Assembly: GCA_036785375.1 (NCBI GenBank)
Contig: JAWMAR010000247.1
Coordinates: forward strand, 1,488,001 to 1,552,000
Direction: 5' to 3'
Length of the DNA: 64,000 nt
Origin: Leucoraja ocellata
Taxonomy: Eukaryota
Position numbers and translations under genes: made by a program. Shown piece by piece: positions 50,801 to 64,000 of this stretch. Position 1 is the stretch's first letter. The number at the start of each line of letters is the position of its first letter. The notes under the pieces are model-generated. The model was not told where the DNA came from. It searched no databases and saw only the letters and a program-made list of their open reading frames with translations.

Positions 50801-53800
50801 GACCCCATGTTTCAGCTCATTAGAAGAATATTCAAGCTTGTAGTATTGTTGTCCAGAATGACGTCCAAGACCTGGTTATCTCGAATGGTTTTACACTATG
50901 TCACAGCCAGAAAACAAGTGAAAGGGAAAAGAGAAAGAGTTCTTTGCAGTTTGGCTGTGTATGAATGCTTTTTTGCAAACAAGTCTGGTTTCCCGCTGTT
51001 TTTTGTTCACAGCCTGTAGCCTTTCAGAAATGCATGTGTAATTACCATAACACTTCCTAAACTGCCTTGCAAGTATAAGTAAGTCCCTTTATTTATAATT
51101 GAAAGTTGCAAAAGGTTCTGGTTATCAACACAAAAATTGTACCATTTTTTCATCTTCAGCAGTGAAGAGTGCATTCACAGTTTTGTGGATCTATGTATCT
51201 TTTGATGTAATGAAACATATATTTCAAATGTCAAGCACATATAAATCAGTATGAGGTACGTCACTGATGGGAGCATTGAGGCTTGAGGTCCACAACACAA
51301 AACAATGCTCATTGCAAGCTGTTTGAAAGCTAATAGTCTCAAGAATGACCAAGGAGGTGATTTATTAAAAAGGCTTCAGAATTTCATCAAATTCAAATAA
51401 TCTTGCTGAATTGTTGGGAAATCCTTCCAGTTGCTCAGTAACCTCAAGGCAGGCCTATAATTGTCCATGTATGTCCATCTTACCAAAAAGGACCACATTT
51501 TTGTTCCTGCCCTTCTTACTGTAAGCCTTTAGAAATGGATCCTCCATGGAGAAGCTTATGCTGCAACTCCATCTGAACACTACAAAATAAAACAAACTGC
51601 TTTGTCAAGACAATTGGTAACTATTTAATGTCTACTCACATTTGAATCTTATATTTTCTCCCCCCCCCCCCCCCCCCCCACCTTGCATTTCTGTTTGCCC
51701 CTGATGATCGACTGCTTTACTCATGTGACTTGCAGTATACTTTACATTGCGGGCTTGAGTGCCAATGTTTAGTGATATTTAAATAAACTGAGGGTATATG
51801 CTGTAGAATCTACGGTTTTAGTTTGCCTGATGATTAACAGCACATCAAATGTCAATAAGAACTTTATCATGTTTGTCCTTGGTTGGTGTGGTGGATGTGG
51901 GAGAGAAGTTATAACCAGAAGATGTCTCGGTTACAACCCCCAAGTTATTTGGTGTTCCCAGATACCACACTACTGTAAAATGAGAATACCATGATTGTAG
52001 TCTGGTAAATGTTACTACGTACCTTGCATGATTCACTTATGGTCACAACTTAAATGCAAATTGATAACCATGCTCATTTATGGATCCTCATGCCTCAATG
52101 ACACTCAGACATTGTTGAATCTTTCCTTTACAAAATCTGCACAGTGTTCTTGCTCAGTCTTTGTGAGGAGCACAAAGAAACATCATAATGGTAGTTGAAA
52201 GCTAATCATCCCATCCTGCAAGAGTTTATCAGGGCAATGTCTGGAACTGATCATCTTCATTCTATTCTAATCATCATCTTCTATTCTATCATGAGAGAAG
52301 TCAGTGTTTTTTGCTGATGACTGCACAGTGTTCAATTCCATTTACTGACCCACAAATGACATGGCAACTTTATGTTTAGGTGAAGCAGGCCAAATGGAAT
52401 GACAAATGATGAGTTAGTTATCACACCTACTGTCAATAAATATCTATCGCCAGCAAGAGGGCGTCTAAGCACTTCTCTTTGACATTCAGCTGCATTACAT
52501 TGACCAGAACCAATCTGCCCCAGCCATTTAATCCAATGGTAAATCAGAGCCTGAAAATTCTGCAGTGAGTGACTTGCAATTCTTCAATATCATTGTCAAA
52601 ATCTTGGATGTACTTACCCCTAGGTGCTTTGAGAGTTCTTTCAAATGTACTGCATTGGTTCCTTTGGTGATTCACCACCACTTTCTCAAGGGCAGTTCAA
52701 GATGTGTATTAAAAATGGATTTTCATACCTGTGCAACAAATCTCCTGACAAATTATTGTTTGAAATGCCGTATTCCAATAATTCACGAAACACCTACAAC
52801 AGAAAGTGTCAAGTAGTTTGTCAGCACGGGCCTATAAATAATGGCATTGCAACTTCAGGTCCACTTGGCTAGTTTCTCGTGATCAGTGGCATCGGTAGCT
52901 CCCGTAAATGGTCTAATCTTTTTACAGAAGTTGGTTCAGACTTCCAGGATGTAATAAAAGTGCCCCCTTCTGTTTTTAACTGGTTTCTCATGTCTTTCAG
53001 TTATGCATTTCTCCACGGCGGTGAAGATGGACCTGATAAAGCAACGTTTCCCAACCCAAATCGTTGCTGGTGTAAAGAAGGGTTCCAACCTGAAACATTG
53101 CCTATCCAGACCCTCCAGAGATGCTGCCGGATCCAGAGTTACTCCAGCATTTTGTGTTCTATGCAAGATTCCAGCATGTGCAGTTCCTTGTGTTTCTTAA
53201 TAAAGTATTGCTTGGTTTATATTATTAAAGTGTCTTATTCATTATAAGACAGTTAAGCACTGTTGGAGCTTAGTTCTGTTTAAATGTCCTTATTTCCATC
53301 AATGAAATTTGTAATTGCATAATGTAACAACCAATGAATAGCTTATATTACTCCATTTCATTGAACCACTTGCTTGACTTTGTATGGTTCCTGTTTGCAT
53401 TCTAACTTTACTGCATCTGTCAACTTTGTGACTTTTCTGCTTTAACATTCTCTATTGCAAAGCATGACTGCCAAAGAACAATTCATGATTTTCTGTACTC
53501 GTTCACAAACTGATCAGAATCACCCATATTTGGATGGGAGATGTTTATCAATAGAGTAAAAAACTATTCAGTCTGACAAAACAATCCTGAAGATAGTTCC
53601 CTAACAACTTAACTATGTAATGGAGTTTTTTGTCAAGGGTCTTCAGAAGACTGAAAAAGAGTCCCAACCTGAAATATTGTTCATTGGCAGCACAGATGCT
53701 GCCTGACACTCTGAGTTCCTCCAGTACTTTATTTTTTAGCTGTATACATGATCCCCCTGGATATTGCATGGGAAATTCTACTTGATGTAGATTTCAAAGC

Positions 53801-56443
53801 AGTTTCACTGAGACAAATGATACAATCCTCTAAAAGTATCTGTGTAGCCACCCATGCTACTAATCTCTCAACAATGTATCACTCAGATAGCAACTTGTCC
53901 TTGGAAGATTAGGACCCTGAGCAAATAAATCTGCAGGCCCTCTGAGTGAAAATACTTGCAAGTATAGATAAATTGTTTGATCTTTAAAAAAACCGTTTAT
54001 ACAGTACCTGTGTTCTACTTAGTAGTGTGAGTACTTCATCAAACAAACTGGGAGTTTTTCAGCATTGTTACAAGAGTCAGCTCTTTCGGGTATATAGATT
54101 ACTGGGATCTTGTTGTGTCAGCTTTCTGAGTAGAAGCAATTAAGATGTAAGATAAAGACACCAGAATCAGAGACTATCTGGAAAATTACTATTGCATTAT
54201 CAAGTGGTTTGCTATAGGCTTTCAAGGCCAAATGTATGACTTCATTTACACTCAGAACCTGTGACCACCCCTTTAGTTGACAAGATTGCACCACAGTTTC
54301 TCTCTGCTTCACATTTTGTAGAAAAATAAAGAACCAAATACAGCATGAGTGAACTTTTTGTAATACTTACATATGTGGAAAAAAACATTTTAACTTCCAT
54401 TGAAAATGACTGTTAAAAATAGTGAACACAGAGGAAACATTTCTATAACTTTTCTGTAACCAGAACAATTCGCAAGTTGGAAATGCAGCTGCAAAACAAA
54501 TTTGGACATTGTCAAAGATATCTACAGCCCTGCAGAAACTGGCAAATCCTTACCACTACTCTCCCAAATGCTCGTTCCTAGGTACAGGTGTACATCGATT
54601 GGATGTTCAGAAGTTAGGGATGACCTCAATGAAGTTACCTGAAGTTGACTAAAGATCCCTGATTTTTTCACACTTTTGTTCCTGAAAATGAACTGATTCA
54701 GGACTGAGGTCAGTCTGGTGTGCTTATCCGTTCCCACATTTACAGTTTTCCTTCATTTTTCACTATGGAGCTGCTGGACATCCTGCTCCCACCCCTATGC
54801 ACCTCATGAGAGTGACTGCCAGCATTTATTAAGCCCTGACCTGTTCTGGTCAAATTCAACTGCGATCCAAGTCTAAAAATAGTTCAAAGCTATCTTCTAT
54901 GTGTAGTCTATGTCCGAAAGCTTTCACATGACTCCCCCTCCACCAGCATGAATTATAATATTGCTAAATATTTAATTTGGCCTGGCCTTCCCTGGTTGGG
55001 GTGAAGGGGTGATTTTCAGCAAACTTCCTTTTTCTTGATTAATGAGATTTTCTGTCTTCACTTCCGCCCAGGATGAGTGAATGTTGAACATCAAGCCCCC
55101 CGAGACTTTTGTCTGTGATTGTGCAGCTATTCCCAAAGATAAAAGGTTCTTTATACTTCTATATAAAAACAAACTGAACACTGTTTTAGCATTTTCCATG
55201 TTTCCAGAAGGTTACACCATGAGATAATTACAATTCAATAGTTAAGCTAAAATAAATAGGGTGTTTATAATGTTCCATAACAGCTAGTGGAATAAATTAT
55301 GTCATGTTTAAAACTCAACATCATTGTTGCTGCTGAAATTCTTTTTAGCTTCTACACAAAGATAAAGACTGTCAGAGATAGTAATTCAGACAAGAGGTGA
55401 CATCATTTGCAGTGGTTAGTAATTTATTCGTCAAAATTACTCAGTAATTCAGGAAGTGTAATGATGATAATGCAGAACATAATGACATTATAGTACTTAA
55501 TTATTGAAAAGTAGTTCAAATAATTAATGTTTGCAAGCTGAGTGCGAAGAATATATTTCTGAGCTCATTAGCTGTGCCACAAAAAATATTTATAAATGGC
55601 AGGATAGTTAGAACTGATTTTAGGAGTCAGATGAAGGTTAGTGAAGAAGGCCCCTGAGCAAACAATCTTGTAAATCTCACTGTTCAAATGCAGGGATGCC
55701 TAATGAATATATCTGAGAATCGCACCAATTAAAAAAGGGAAGCAATATTAAATCATTAGGAATATTAGGATTTAGGTCAGGGAGATCATGTGAAAGCTGC
55801 TGGAGATGGTTTTAGACCACCCACACCAATTCATCCACAATGCTTGATTGTTGTTAGATTAAAAACATAAAATTAAATCTATTTCATGCAATTTAATCGA
55901 AATACATGTCAACCAAAAATAAATTTGCTTCATCCTCCTCTTTTGGAATGTTGCATGCATCTTCATGTTCTATTCTATAAATAGTACTTCTGCTTTGAAA
56001 TTTAGCTCAGCAATACAATCAGCAACGAATACAAATCCTTGTTGAGTTTTATTTATCAACCAAAATTGCCACTGGGGAAGCCATTTCTATGCTTCGTTTC
56101 TTGCTTCTTGGTCAGGGCCTTCACTCCTTTTACAAGAAATGCATCAGCTGCCAATTTAGCAGAAACAGCATGGACCATACAGCAAACAGTCAATGTGTAT
56201 TACTGTACGTCTTACACATGCTCCAAGGTGCAATCAACAGCCTTCTTCTATTCTAGATTTAAATGATGCCTTTCATAAGCAGAGCACCAACTACCTTGAA
56301 TAACACTGTTGAGGATATCCAGAACATAAGCAAAGTTAGGACGACAAAACTGTAAACATTTTCACAATGCAACAACTATTTCCTCTTCCATTAACCATCC
56401 AGCTCCCTGCTCAGGCTGAATTCCATGTCATGCAATGTACTTT

Positions 56444-57305
56444 GTCACTTTGTCGTGGTGGAGAAGCTTGTGTGGTCTTGGGATTCTGAGAGCGATGCTG
56501 TCTGGAGCTATGCTTAGCGCCATGGGTATTGATTGAATTGATTGAATGCCTTTATTGTCATTCAGACCTTACGGCCTGAACGAAATTTCGTACCTGCAGT
56601 CATACATACAATCATACAATAATAAACAACACTAAACACAAATTAACACCACCACAGTGAGTCCTCCAAGCACCTCACTGTAGTGGAGGCAAAAATCTTA
56701 GGGCTGCAGTCTCTTCCCTCCTCTTCTCCCTCTGCGCTGAGGCGATACCCCACTGGGCGATGGTACAACCAGTCCCGCGGCTCACCAAACCCCGCATCGG
56801 GCCGGCTCAAACACCGCGGCCCGGGGTGGACGCAGCCGCTGGCCCGCGGCTCAACCCCGGACTCAGGTCATAGCCGCCAGAACGCCGTCCCAGCCACCGG
56901 AGCACCGTTCCAGCCCCGCGCCGGATCGCCCTCACGTTAGTGCCGTTCCTCCCTCGAGCTGGGCCGCTCCGATGGGCCACCCATGGCGCTAAGGTCGAGG
57001 GGGAGGTCTCTGACAAAGAGTAGTCCAACCAAGACCTCAACAGTGGAACAGGCGGAGGATGATGGCTGACCTTAGTGGAGCGTCACAACAGCTGGGAAGG
57101 CGGATGAAGGCTGCAGCAGAAAAGGGTCTCTGGTCGTCTTGGACTCCATGCCACTGGATCCCAACCCAGATCTGTCAAGGACCGTGGGGTGGCTGTCTGT
57201 GCACCAGTCTCCCCACGTTAAACTAAGTCACGCACAGGCGTCCTCCATATAGGGAATAGCACCCTGGAGACACTCATGGTCAGCCATGACCAAAGGGGGC
57301 CTAAG
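56444..57305 (+). mobile_element. RTE-like 5'UTR-derived non-autonomous element, split by an insertion
   Basis: cactttgtcgtggtggagaagcttg...gggccacccatggc...ctgacaaagagtagtcca resembles RTE 5' UTR organisation (recall-based). Confidence 0.55.
56528..56975 (-). mobile_element. GC-rich SINE-like insert with LINE-type tail
   Basis: Minus strand ends gacaataaaggcattcaatcaattcaatcaat; CpG-rich body. Confidence 0.65.
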
Positions 57306-57479
57306 AATGTAGGATCCTGAGTTGAACTTTAGATGCTAAATTTGGATCAGCACCAGGGCTGTTTCTTTTGCTTGATATTGCTATATTGTGATAACTATCA
57401 TTCATAATTATCTGTCTGTGGATTCCAGTTCTTCAGTATTACGGGCATGGTCGTTCCAAAATTCATATTGCATACATTC

Positions 57480-60400
57480 CAGAAACCAACCATGTACTAA
57501 ATTAAAATCTTTGTCTTTAGTCACTGGTTCCCTTCTTAAAAATCATTATCCTACTATTAGATTCTCCATAGCCTTACAATACCTAACCTCCATCCTTATA
57601 TTCCAATTCCGATTCGACCACCTGCAGGCCCCGGGCCCCTACACTGGCCCGCGCCGCATGCCCGAACACCACCAGGCCGAGTCCTGCAATGCCATCTTGG
57701 CCACGAGGAGCAGCACTAGCACTCACCGTCTCTCGGACCGACCTCAGGCCCGGACCACCGAAGACGCCGCCATCGCCGATCTCCACGTGGCCGCTGCTGC
57801 CGACCATCACCCACGCACCAATAACGCCAACCCTCGCTGCCTCCTTGGTTTCTCCAACTATCGCCACCAAAATGGGATCGCCGAACTTCTCCTCCTCATC
57901 GGAACCGTCTCACCTCACCGCCTCACCTCTCTGCCTCACCAGGACCGCCGAACCTCACCGCCTCACCGGCCATCCGTTGACCGGATCCTCCAACGCATTG
58001 TCCGCTGACCCGGACTCCACTCCCCGCGGGCTTCCACCATCAACTCCACCGACCCTCGCCACCATCGCCTTACTTGAGCCCTGGGCTCAGCACTGGGCCT
58101 GAAGTCTCCACGAGGCAGACTCTGACATCACTGTGTCTAACTGCGGTGGGTCCTAGTGCTCCCCCCAACACAGGGAACCTCAGTGGTTGTTCCACTGGGT
58201 CTTCCCATTCCCCCTCAAACCATGTGACCCCAGCCCCTCCCCACCCACACTATAGTCCAATGAGTTCCGCATCCGCCACAATGTGGAGCTCTTGTTCCGT
58301 TGCCTCTGCATCAAAGCGTTTTTCCATGCGACGTCCTCACCCCCCCCAGTGATGACCCCTCTTCCCGTCTCCAACGGACCCTCTCCTCTTGGACTCCCCC
58401 TCATAGCCATCCACCTGCTTTGGACTTTTTTATTTTAAACTGCTGGCGAGACATCAACCGCCTCAACTTCTTCACTCCCCTTTCTCACTCTAACATCTAC
58501 CCCCTGAATGTTCTGCCCTTCACACACTCTGCAACAACCCAGACTGGGTGATCAAACCTGCCGACAAGGGAGGTGCCGTGGTATTCTGGCATGCTGATCT
58601 CTACAAGTCTGAGGCAACGCCCCAGCTCTCAGACACTTCCTCCAACTTATCCTTGGACCATGACCCCACAGACGAGCGCCAGGCCATGATCTCTAATACT
58701 ATCACTGACTTCATCACTTCCGGCTCCCTGCCCTCCCAAGCCTCCAACCTCATCGTTCCCCAGCCCCGCACGGCCCGATTTTACCTTCTCAAAATCCCCA
58801 AATCTGACTGTCCTGGTAGACTTATTGTTTCTGCCTGTTTGTTCCCACCAAACTTATTTCCACATACCTCAACTCCATCCTATCCCCCCAGGTTAAATCC
58901 CTCCTTACCTATGTTTAAGACACCTCACACGCTCTTCGTCTACTCCATGGCTTCCATTTTCCAGGCCCCCATTCCCTCATCTTCTCCATAAATGTCCAGT
59001 CACTCTACACCTCCATTCCCCACCAGGAGGGTCTTAAAGCCCTCCATTTCTTCCTCGACCGCAGAATCAAACAATCCCTGTCTACTGATACTCTCTTCCG
59101 CCTAGCGGAGCTGGTCCTTAACCTTAACAACTTTTCATTTGACTCCTCCCATTTCCTCCAAATACAAGGCGTAGCTATGGGCACGTGCATGGTCCCAAGC
59201 TATGCCTGCCTCTTTGTAGGGTACGTCGAACAATCTTTGTTCGAGGCGTACCATGGCCCTATCCCCGAACTCTACCTCCGCTACATCGACAACTGCATTG
59301 GTGCTGCTTCCTGCGCCCATACACAACTCATCCCTTTCACCACTAACTTCCATCCGGCACTCAAATACACCTGGACCATTTCAGACATTTCCCTACCATT
59401 TCTAGACCTCACTATCTCCATCGCAGGTGACAGACTACTGACAGACATCTACAATAAACCCACTGACTCCCATGGCTATCTGGACTACACTTCTTCCCAC
59501 GCTGCTTCCTGTAAGGACTCCATCCCCTACTCCTAATTCCTCCGTGTACGCCGCATCTGCAACCAGGATGAGGTGTTCCAAACCTGGGCATCGGAGATGA
59601 CCTAATTCTTCAGAGTATGGGGCTCCCCTCTACTACTATAGATGAGGCTCTCACCATGGCCTCATCTATACCCCGTAACTCTGCTCTCACTCCCCATCCC
59701 CCCACTCGTAACAAGGGCAGAGTCCCCCTTGTCCTCACCTTCCTACCAGCCGTCCCATACAACAAATAATCCTCCGACATGTTTGCCAACTCCAACGGGA
59801 TCCCACCACTGGCCACATCGTCCCATCTCCTCCCCTGTCTGCTTTCTGCAGAGGCCGCTCCCTCCGTAACTCCCTGGTCCATTCGTCCCTTCACACCCAA
59901 ACTACCCCCTCTCCTGGCACTTTCCCTTGCAACCGCAGGAAATGCTTCACTTGTCGCTTTACCTCCCCCCTTGACTCCATTCAAGGACCAAGCAGTCTTT
60001 CCAGGTGCGGCAGAGGTTCACCTGCATCTCCTCTAAACCTCATCTATTGCATCCACTGCTCTAGGTGTCAGCTGCTCTACATCGGTGAGATCAAGCGTAG
60101 GCTTGGCGATCGCTTTGCCCAACACCTCCGCTCGGTTCGCAATAACCAACCTGATCTCCCGGTAGCTCAGCACTTCAACTCCCCCTCCCATTCCAATTCC
60201 AACCTTTCTGTTCTGGGCCTCCTCCATGGCCAGAGTGAGGCCCACTGTAAATTGGAGGAGCAGCACCTCATATTTCGCTTGGGAAGTTTACACCCCAGCG
60301 GTATGAACATTGACTTCTCCAATTTCAGGTAGTCCTTGCTTTCTTCTCCCCTTCCCAGTTCTCCCTCAGCCCACTGTCTCCGCATCTTCTTTTCTTCTTC

Positions 60401-60550
60401 CCCCCCCCCCCCCCACCCTCACATCAGTCTGAAGAAGGGTCTCGACCCGAAACGTCGCCTATTTCCTTTGTTCCATAGATGCTGCCTCACCTGCTGAGTT
60501 TCTCCAGCATTTTTGTCTACCTGCTGAGTTACTCCAGCACTTTGTGTCTG
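57480..60550 (+). mobile_element. Penelope-like element (RT + GIY-YIG), frameshifted, with 3' pLTR
   Basis: IKPADKGGAVV (58548), MGT..PSYACLFVGYVEQ...YLRYID (59177..59536), LIYCIHCSRCQLLYIGE.KRRLGDRFAQHL (~60040-60130); 5' boundary approximate. Confidence 0.92.
60429..60456 (+). ncRNA. Minimal hammerhead ribozyme motif in Penelope pLTR
   Basis: CTGAAGA-A-GGGTC-TC-GACCC-GAAAC-GTC: core CUGANGA, stem II, GAAA, loopless palindromic stem III, GUC site. Confidence 0.75.
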
Positions 60551-60614
60551 TCACATTCCTAATTTAAATTGAATTGTCTTTGTCTTAGAATCCAAAGTGA
60601 AAACTGTTTTCTCA

Positions 60615-61770
60615 TGATATGATATGCCATTTATTGTCACTATACATGTACAGTGAAACTGAAAGCTGCTCGTACTCAGTGCATACATACAATTTAGCAC
60701 AAAAAACAAGACACAGAAAAAACAAAAAACAGAAGGGAGATGGGGGGGGGGAATAGGTGCACAAATTCTGCGGCGCTACATACATATATACATATATACA
60801 GATGGAAGTCCGTGTTGGGCGGTGTAGTCAGTGCATGTGTGAATTTGAATTTATAGTAGATATAATTCTCGGAAAGCAACTATTCCTGAGTCTGTTTGTC
60901 CTGGATTTGATGCACCTATAGCGCCTTCCAGAGGGCAGCAGGTCGAACAGTCCAAACGCAGGATGGGAGCTGTCTTTGATGATCTTCTTTGCCCTGCTAA
61001 GGCAGCGGGAGGTGTAGATGTCCATCAGGGAGGGGAGAGGGCAGCCAATGATCCTCTGCGCTGTCCTGGTTACCCTCTGAAGCCTCTCCCTGTCTGCCAT
61101 GGTGCAGCTGCCATACCATGCTGTAATGCAGTATGTCAGCAGGCTCTCGATGGACGAGCGGTAGAAGGTCAGCAGCAGGTTAGAGTCCAGGTTGTGCTTC
61201 CTGAGGACCCTCAGGAAGTGCAGCCGCTGCTGAGCCTTCTTGATGACCGCTGTCGTGTTGTCCGTCCAGGAGATGTCAGCAGCGATATGGACGCTGAGAA
61301 ACCGGAAGGTGTTGACCCTCTCCACACACTCGCCGTTGATGTGTAGGGGGGCTAAGTCGGTGCTGTGCCTCCTGAAGTCAACAATGAGCTCTTTTGTTTT
61401 CCTGGTGTTCAGAGCCAGATTGTTTTCTGAGCACCAGGTTGTCAACTTCAGGACTTCCTCTCTGTAGGCTGCCTCGTCTCCCTTCGAAATAAGTCCGACC
61501 ACAGTAGTGTCGTCAGCAAATTTGACGATGCGGTTGTTGTTGTGGGCCGGACTACAGTCGTAGGTGTAGAGACAGTATAAGAGGGGGCTTAGCACACAGC
61601 CCTGTGGGGAACCGGTACTCAACCTGCGAGTGGAGGAGAGGTGGGGGCCGAGTCTCACAGTCTGGGGCCGGTTGGTGAGGAAATCCTTTATCCAGGCACA
61701 TGTGACAGTGGGGAGGCCGAGAGTGACCAGTTTACCAATGAGAATGTCCGGAATGATTGTATTAAAGGCT
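60615..61770 (-). mobile_element. Rex1/Babar-type LINE, 5'-truncated, open RT C-terminal ORF (60828..61658)
   Basis: [50 protein letters not shown]; AATAAA + (CATAT)n tail. Confidence 0.92.
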
Positions 61771-62339
61771 AATATTTCTATTATTTTTCACCACAGATTT
61801 ATCACACAAGGATACAGATTGTAAAGGGTCTGTGCAGTTGGCCGTTCTATCTGTCTGTTTTTACTTTTGTAGTCACATTAGTGTCATGAACAAATTTACA
61901 CGACCTCCCAGCAGACATGCTGTGGGACCTTGTACCATCCGTGGGCACCATGGGGATTGTAGTGCTGAATTGATATGCAAAATAAATACCATCACAAGAT
62001 GTTTCCGCCCATGGTATGATTTGGATGTGTGTGTTTGTTCCTATGCTCCTCTAAAAAAATTAATATTTTATATAGGTTGGTGACTTTGTACAAGAACAAA
62101 AGTGACTGCAGTGATTATAGCGCTATGTTCTTTACTAAATATAGTGGTAAATATGATCATGTTGCTTTACCCAAAGTGTAGATCTCGGATGAAACTATAC
62201 CACCCAACGCAGAATGGTTTTGAAAGTGTGAGGTCCACAGTCGATATGATCTCAGTTCAGCAAAATAAAGGCTATGAACAAAAAGACTATTATATATTGC
62301 TTTATGAACCTCAATTGGGTTGTGTGAGTGAGAGTGGTT

Positions 62340-62735
62340 AGAGTCAAGAGTGTTTTATTGCCATATGTCCCGGACGGGACAATGAAATTATTACTTGCTG
62401 CAGCACAACAGAATATGTGAATTTGTAAACATTGTATATAACGGGGGGAAAAAGAAAAAGTTCAATAAATAACAAATATAGTGCAAATAACAAATAATAA
62501 TAGTCTTTTGCAGTTCAGAGCTCATAGCTTATTCATTGTGTTTAATAGCCTGATGGCTGTGGAGAAGAAGCTGTTCCTGAACTTGGACGTTACAGTCTTC
62601 AGGCTCCTGTACCTTCTTCCTGATGGCAGTGGTGAGATAAGTGCGTGGCCAGGATGAAGTGGGTCCTTGATGATTTTTGCAGCCTTTTTGAGGCAATGAT
62701 TATGATAGATCCCTTCGACGGTGGGGAGGTCAAAG
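62340..62735 (-). mobile_element. Rex1/Babar-type LINE 3' fragment
   Basis: KIIKDPLHPGH...[10 protein letters not shown]...NSFF in ORF 62522..62812; AATAAA tail. Confidence 0.85.
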
Positions 62736-63595
62736 CCAGTTATCAAGCTGTTGAAGAAAATTGGCAATTTGCCAAAGCAGTTCAATGCTTCGCTATAAGA
62801 TCTTTGGTTCAATGTGTTTTGTTTTGCATGACAATGTAGGAGAGAAGGTTAGCTAAAATCAGCAGCAGTCAGGATGGTTTCTGGCACTCTTTGATAAGCC
62901 CGTTTCCATTGCTGTACCTTCCACTTCTACATTGACAAAAAGATCAACTTCCTCTTTAGTAAGCCCAGAGATTTACCACCTGTGGTAGAGGAATCCAGAG
63001 AGTTACTACCCTCTGCTAGTTGGGGCTTTAATGACGCCCCTAAATTTGTTACTAATCCCTTCATTAGAGATTCTCCTTGTGGTGGAAGCATCACAACATC
63101 CACCCAACCATGACCTTTAAGGACCTAATATGTTTCAATAAAATCATTCCTGGTTCTTCCAAACTCTAAAGAGTATTGGGTCAATTTCTGTAACTGCGAG
63201 GATTACCCCATCATTCTAGAAATTAGTCACACGAATCTCTTTTGAGTTGTCTCCATGACACTCTGCTTGGTAAACTGTGTATTTAACTGCTGCGTTCACA
63301 TCTCTGATTCCTGTAAGCAAGGGTAAGAACAAGAGTAGACACTGCCAACTGAGTTGGCCGCTGATAATCGGGACCTGGAGGTGGACTGTGCAGGCGCACA
63401 GAAGAGGCAAACAGAATCACAGAAGTCATCAAACTGAGGACGCAGATTAAAGCAAAGGCCAGCAAACCTACACCTTCCCAGTCTTTCTCTGCATAAAAAT
63501 GTAGAAGGAACTGCAGATGCTGGTTTACATAAAAGGACGCTGGAGTAACTCAGCGGGACAGGCAGCCTCTTTGGAGACTTTGTGGCGTTTCGGGT

Positions 63596-63623
63596 CTGAA
63601 GAAGGGTCCCGACCCGAAACGTC
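63596..63623 (+). ncRNA. Minimal hammerhead motif in inverted pLTR pair (63500-63690)
   Basis: CTGAAGAAGGGTCCCGACCCGAAACGTC. Confidence 0.7.
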
Positions 63624-64000
63624 GCCTTATTTATTTCTTCAGAGATGTTGCCTAATCCGATAAGTTACTCATCAACTTTTGTTTCTGCATGAAGTGTACC
63701 CGAGACCACCAGGCTGGAGTTGGGCCGCTGTGTTGTGCCAAAGGGGAGTTGAACATCAAAGTGCAAATTCGTTGACTGCTTCAACAACGAATGGGTCCTG
63801 GAGGAATCTCTGTAGCAGTCAAAGCTACAGACAACTCTCAAATCTGGAATTGCGGCTGCTCATCGAGATTCCGGGCTTGTCGATGTAAGAAGGTGGAGGC
63901 AGTGTGATGTGAAAGATGAGCATAGGACACGCTGGCGGTTGAAGAACACAACTGTCTGATTGCTATCGCGTGTTCCTCCGGAAGGAAATATCAATTTTGC

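Noticed and set aside
57778-57795. Additional HDV-like L3 (TCCACGT)
   Set aside because: P3 pairs poorly and no P1 or P2 partners were found.
57388-58352. Overlapping GC-rich ORFs as a host gene
   Set aside because: Contiguous with the Penelope RT region; best explained as the element's decayed 5' part.
63216-63312. Terminal exon candidate after a strong acceptor (GIRDVNAAVKY...)
   Set aside because: No recognisable product and no linked upstream exon in the window.
960-63623. CRISPR-like recurring ~28-bp palindromic repeat
   Set aside because: Copies are dispersed, on both strands, without regular spacers, and embedded in Penelope termini in eukaryotic DNA.

Overview
Vertebrate genomic DNA. 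The repeat landscape (CR1 with CTATGTTT tails, V-SINE-like tRNA SINE, abundant Penelope termini) points to a cartilaginous fish, probably a skate or ray; this is inference. The one host gene I can support is a minus-strand FHDC1/INF1-like formin. Ten phase-compatible GT-AG coding exons between 38725 and 3769 splice to 1308 nt (436 aa, FH1 plus FH2). The terminal exon was not found and probably lies left of the window, and a candidate CpG-rich promoter/5' exon lies at about 42.0-42.7 kb. The rest is intron or intergenic DNA dense in mobile elements: CR1, Rex1/Babar, Vingi, RTE-like, Penelope, Tc1, Harbinger, hAT, Helitron and SINEs, often nested. The most unusual signal is RNA structure. (i) Three unrelated families of ~170-190 bp non-coding retro-inserts (18.5, 34.5 and 37.9 kb, plus a damaged copy at 37.4 kb) begin with a sequence that folds by eye into an HDV-like ribozyme, and the three complete inserts end in a (GAA)n tail. 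(ii) About a dozen minimal hammerhead motifs (CTGAAGA-stem-GAAACGTC) sit in Penelope termini, several as head-to-head inverted pairs. Ribozyme calls are from manual base-pairing only; no folding or database search was run.
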